Positions 58,901-64,000 of a stretch of DNA of 64,000 nt are shown here, piece by piece (positions within the stretch are counted from its first letter, which is position 1; the number at the start of each line of letters is the position of its first letter). The position numbers were made by a program, and so were the translations under genes. The stretch lies in the NCBI RefSeq assembly GCF_022539665.2, contig NC_081331.1:2976001-3040000 (forward strand), read 5' to 3'. The notes beneath the pieces are model-generated. The model saw nothing but the letters and a program-made list of their open reading frames with translations, did no database searches and was not told where the DNA came from. This stretch comes from Daphnia carinata. Its lineage: Eukaryota.

Positions 58901-61900
58901 TAATCGCGTTTGTTACACAAATGTTGGTATGCCAAAAAAATAAAAGGGAAAGACAATCGTAACTATGGCAGCCGTGTTGTTTCTTTTTCCTTCTCGACGT
59001 GTTGGAGATTTGAATTTGCCACTCGGTCGAGCTCAAACTCTTGATGCAGGGCTATATAGACATAGAACTTGCTGTCTGTAGTTCTCTATACTTGGCGGCA
59101 TGTCGATAACGTTCTCATTTCCCGAATTTTCTTTTTTTTTTTTTTCCATTTTCTCAGCGCTTTTTGTTTTGAATTAGAAAAATTTGTCAGCCCTTGCGTT
59201 CTTTTTCATCACTTAAAAGTCTCGTCAACAGACAAAAAAGAAGAGGGGAGAGATGGTTTAAAAGTTCTTGATTGAAATTCAGCGGCCTGTGCCTCGCGTC
59301 CCTGAAAGACGTGACGGAAAGCCCACGCTTCGCTTCGTTCCTTCTTCGTCGACGAAGAAACTTCTACGCCTCTTGAAAATCCTTTGATAGACCACATCAT
59401 ATCCACCGGTCCATTCAGAATGCTTTATTGAATTCGGCTCGCTTCGCTACATCTAAGATGATTACACGAATGCTCTTTAAAGCGTTCGAATTAGACGATA
59501 CCTGAATGATACCTCGTCTCGCATCAACAATTCAAATTGCAAACCTACGTACTAAGAAAATGGTGGGAAACGAACATTGTTTTTACCTCCTTCGACGGTG
59601 CACGTGAACTTGGGCCGATCTCCAATTCGAAACGGCCCGACCACAGTGGAGATGCGAGTCTGGCTGAATTCCGCGGTGATCGTCAACGACTTCGGCGGTT
59701 CTGAAAGAAGACAACAACAACAAAAAAAGATAGCCGTTAATTGCAGTAAAACTGCGAGTTGCTTTCACCGTACGATGTGCTCTTAAACGTAGCATATCGA
59801 CGCACATTTTTTCGCACTACTGGAGCTGAATAGGCGATTCAACCTTATAGCCATGTAACATTCAAGAAGAAGAAGAAAAAATTGCTACATCAGCTATAAA
59901 AAAAAAGAGAAGAGCTTCTATGTTGTTTGAAAAAAAAAGAAACTTTCTTGTTGGGCGTTAACGTCCATTGGGAGCGTAAAACGAAGAGCCATCAACTCGA
60001 ATTGGCTCATCATTCGACTAGTTTGGCCATCATGGCTGGTGTTCCAGACCATACGGTCATATACACAACGGCAGCCGAAACTTGGACTAGCAGATGTCGA
60101 TGAACACATCCATTCTGCCCAGTAAAAGATCTTTTTGCAATCAAAAGTAAACACTCAACACTTTCACGCATGATTTCCTCTTTTCCCTCTTTCTATGCCC
60201 GGATTACGATAAACGGGCATTTTCGGGAAAAGAAAAGAAAACATGCGCAGTGACTGGAATTCTCTTTCGAAAACGGATCTAGTTAGCATTTAGCACGATT
60301 CCAGTTTATTACTTGTATTTACTCGTTTCTTAAGGGACCTTTGTGCGGGGTATTTTTCAATGGGATCGTTAGCATGTTTGCTACGTCGTTGGCAAAATCA
60401 ATGAAAAATTAAAGAAGCGTCAGCAAAGCCCTCAATCAATCACCTTTCTCCTTAATCCCTGATGAATCAGACCGTCGTTTGTGCAAGCGATTGCTAATCA
60501 AATTGTGAGGAACCACCGTCGCAAACTTGGACGGATCGTGTTGTACGTAAAATATAAATTAGTCGAATCATCTTTTATTCGTCTACGTCCAACCGCAACT
60601 CTTTCCCAGTCCCCATGCTACGACCGATTCGTACCTTCTTCTTCGAGTTGAAAAGACCATGAAAATGGAACTATCGTTTTAGACGATTGGCGGAGCTTTC
60701 GACAACAGCGGATGATTACAAGGGAGCGTATCACAAGCGAATATAAACGAGTGAGCTATGTATAGATATTGTGTTGCAGAGAATGGACGTGATTAAACCT
60801 GCTGTAACAGCCAGCTGCCATACAGAACGGAAACAAGACTCGCTGAACTCGGTCCTTTTACCCAGGTTATGTTTTGAAATTTGCATGACAGCATTTTCAC
60901 AGCTTAACCCCTTTTAGTTAGAATTCAGATTACTCGGACTAGCATAAGCTACGTCAAACGGGTCACCTGGAAAGTTGAACTGTGAAACGGTCTCGCGAAA
61001 TCCACAAGTCTTACATCCTTTTACAGTTTGTTTTTTTCTCGCCACAAACATGCTGCTTACGGGGCAAAAGGAACAAGTATTAAAATAGGGAAATGTCTGC
61101 TCGTTATATATCGTCTACATAAGCGCATATAGAAAATGAGAAAGGCAATAATTCCGGCACTAGCAATCTCAATGGATGTCGGGGCGATGCGGATCTACGA
61201 CGTCTCCGCAGAAAGGAACGACGTTCATAATCCGGTCTTGGGTTTTCCTGGATAAACTACGGTCGTAGGATACAGGCCATGGCAGAATCCCACGCCCCAC
61301 CAACCCTCCCCACGGAAGGTTTCGCTAAAAACGTCAGTCGACTAGACCTACTTCATCCGACATTTCTGACTACATCCGCTTCGTTTCCGTTGGTGTACAG
61401 AATCACATCCGGTGGAGCCACTGCTTTGGGGTACGTTCCAGGCAGTGTTGAAAATAGAAAATCACGCTGTCGGCAAAACTAGCAATTGTTGAAATTATGG
61501 CGTTCGGTTGTTATTGAACGACACGCAGTGTGCATCTGTTTCCAACGACTTTTTCCGCTCCATTATTGACCTCCGCCTTTAGGAACGCAAGTACGAATGC
61601 AAATACCAGCTCGTTGCGATCGCGACATCTATTGCAATAGAAATGACGCAAGTCGCATGATGTAAATTGAAACGGGGAAAAAAAAAAGGAATGACGAGCA
61701 AACGGGCGAATCCTTTTCGTCTACGGGATGCTGAACGCACAAGTGCCCAATTTACGATAATGCCCTCAACGGTTCGTGCTGGGCTTTTGCCGGGGACAAA
61801 AAAAAAAAAAAAATCCCTCCCGAAACTAATGAGATACTCCAATCAGCCCAAAACTCCCCGGAATCGTCTTTCCCTTCCTCCTTCAAGGTTTCCGCCACCC

Positions 61901-62492
61901 ATATCCGTCGCCTAGACACAGCAGTCAGCGAGTCTGCACAAGAGACTTAAAGCAAAATATTTTGCGTCTTGCATCACCCCGCCGGATGGTTTAATGACGC
62001 GATGCAAGTTTATCAGCATCAAGTCAGCTCCAGTTATGGGAGAGATATGAATGGCCATGCAGGAAGTTGCTCGTTTTCATCCAATTCCGCACACATCGCG
62101 AGTGATTTAATGAGCCGCGATTTTACCCAGCGCAGAGGGAATTGCAACCGCGCATACAATCCCACGGAATAGTATGCTGCACACAGAGGAATGAATTGCT
62201 CTCAAACGCGAAAGACGCTTGAAATAATATTTGCTAAACGCGGAAAAAAAAAAATAAGGCCAGCTGATAAGAAAACTTACCGATGACTGTGAGATTGATG
62301 CGTGAGTTGCGCGACTTGGCTTCACGAAAGTCGACTCGACACCGATACACCGACTGGTCGGCTAAACTAATGTTGCTTACGGCCAAGATGGAAGGCTCGC
62401 TAACCCGGCCTCGGAAGGTGGCCCGTTTCTTCAGAATATCCTCGTCGAACCAGACGCCGGCTTGCGATAGTGAAACTTCTCGGGCATCCGCA
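51278..62492 (-). CDS. Sidestep/nephrin-like Ig-superfamily receptor (5 Ig + FN3 + TM), 5' end not in this window
   Basis: Phase-compatible exons 62492-62281, 59700-59587, 58034-57831, 57100-56946, 56771-56624, 53958-53828, 53743-53584, 53503-53207, 53050-52736, 52135-51569, 51501-51278. Motifs YRCRVDF, IKAGDDVYFDCHVDARP, NQSLVLQNV, DYGTLLCFATN, CQAGFHGGLPQNF, a TM helix and a C-terminal ESVV PDZ-type end. Confidence 0.9.
55918..55970. repeat. (CATTT)4 followed by (TC)n microsatellite, intronic
   Basis: Directly visible. Confidence 0.9.
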
Positions 62493-64000
62493 CTGCAGTA
62501 CGTATGACACCATATGTCGCAAACAGCCGGATAAAAATAAAAAAAAAAAAAAAAGAGAAAAAGATCGAAAATAAAGTTAGTGAAAAGAATGTCAACTTCC
62601 ATCAACAGACAATCTGTTATACAGTATAAGAAATGTGAACAACAAAGATGGACTATATGCACTCAGGGCCTTGCAGCTTCAAAGAATGACGTTCTTTTTC
62701 GTTAGAAAAAAAAAAATGTTTTTCTTGATTTTATTTATTTCTAGTTTGAATTGACTTTTATTCTTTTGGGAACAACGGCTTGAGAGCCCGTGCGCCGTTA
62801 AAGTCATACCATTTCAATGTGAATGGCTTACTGTATCAGTGAGCTGTCACAATCGTTTGCTTTAACATTTCAGCCAAGCTTTGCCCCGAAATCGTGAAAC
62901 AATTCCAAATGCAGACACACACACACACACACGCGCGCGCACACACACAAACAGAATAATAGAGAGATGGGAAAAAGAATTATTGAAAGCGTGCAATTTG
63001 CGCGGGCAAATGTATTCACCGGGGTTCACGAGTTCGTTGAATCAGAAACGCACGTCGCGGAGAGAAAACAAGAACCACTATACCTATTTTTTTTAATGGT
63101 TTAATATCTTCATTCTCTTGGCTATGTCTTTTCTCAACCAATCAAGATATATCATCTGTCTCATAAATACGGAATCACTAAGAACGAAACGGTGAAATCA
63201 ATTTCGTCGAAGAGACGGAAAAGCCGGCGTAAAACTGAGCCTTTATACCGATCTTATGCTATAGTTAACTCGGAAAATGAGCTATCAAGAGAAGTATGCA
63301 AAGATGATGTGCAATCGTAGAGTAATAGGAAAATTATACGCAGAGAAAGTGCGACGTCGGGTATCGATTTAGAAGCCGACGTGGAAGAAATCGGTTTCCG
63401 TGCACGTGGGGGGTGCACGGAAACCGATTTCTTCCATTGCCGTCTAACAATTTCCGATTCGACTGTTTCTTCCTTCATTAACTAATACGTGTCTCATTCT
63501 TTCATTATATTTTATTCTTATTTTTCTTGTATATCCTCTCTAGAAAAAAAAATTTAATAAACAGAAACAAGATGGAAAGGAAGCACGGAGTCAAACTCTT
63601 AGGGGACATGTCACGAATGGTACCCTTTTTCTTTACTACAAAATTAATTAAAACCTTTAGCTTAAACTAATTGTTAATGACTACTACTTCCGCAATAAAA
63701 CCCTCATCTTGTAAGAAAAAAAAACCCTGAAACAAATGCAATAGAATTACAGATGGCGATCGTCGACGACTCGGATATTTTTCCCATACATCTCGTTTGT
63801 CTTTTGCCTGTTTCTCGTTTGTTTTCTACCAGCGCTAAACGAAGCTTGAAAAAGGGATAGACGTTCTTTTTTTTCTGCCAAAACTAGAAAAAAAAAAAGA
63901 AAAAAGAAAAAAGGAAAGTCGTCGTTACTCAAGACTGTGCAATGCTATAGAAAAAGAAAAGCTCGGTGATAAAAAAAAGCGCATATACAAGAACGCAAAA

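Overview
AT-rich, gene-dense eukaryotic DNA with mostly 55-75 nt introns, consistent with a crustacean such as Daphnia (organism assignment is inference). Ten spliced protein-coding genes were reconstructed by hand: Rab2 (-), MAPK15/ERK7 (-), a FAM110-like gene (-), geminin (-), a short RELCH/KIAA1468-like gene (-), a DHX30-like helicase (+), HERPUD (-), NUDT19 (+), site-1 protease MBTPS1 (+) and a 5'-incomplete sidestep-family Ig/FN3 receptor (-). A non-coding foldback-type repeat of about 2.9 kb lies at 45.9-48.8 kb. Family assignments come from recalled motifs, not database searches. The most notable observations are: (1) a 408-nt NUDT19 intron with nested and competing perfect helices involving the 5' splice site, upstream of the exon that carries the peroxisomal signal; (2) an in-frame TAA replacing a conserved Gln in otherwise intact MBTPS1; (3) a RELCH homolog that lacks the HEAT-repeat region; (4) the long inverted repeat with its 32-bp palindromes; (5) three or four GC-AG introns.
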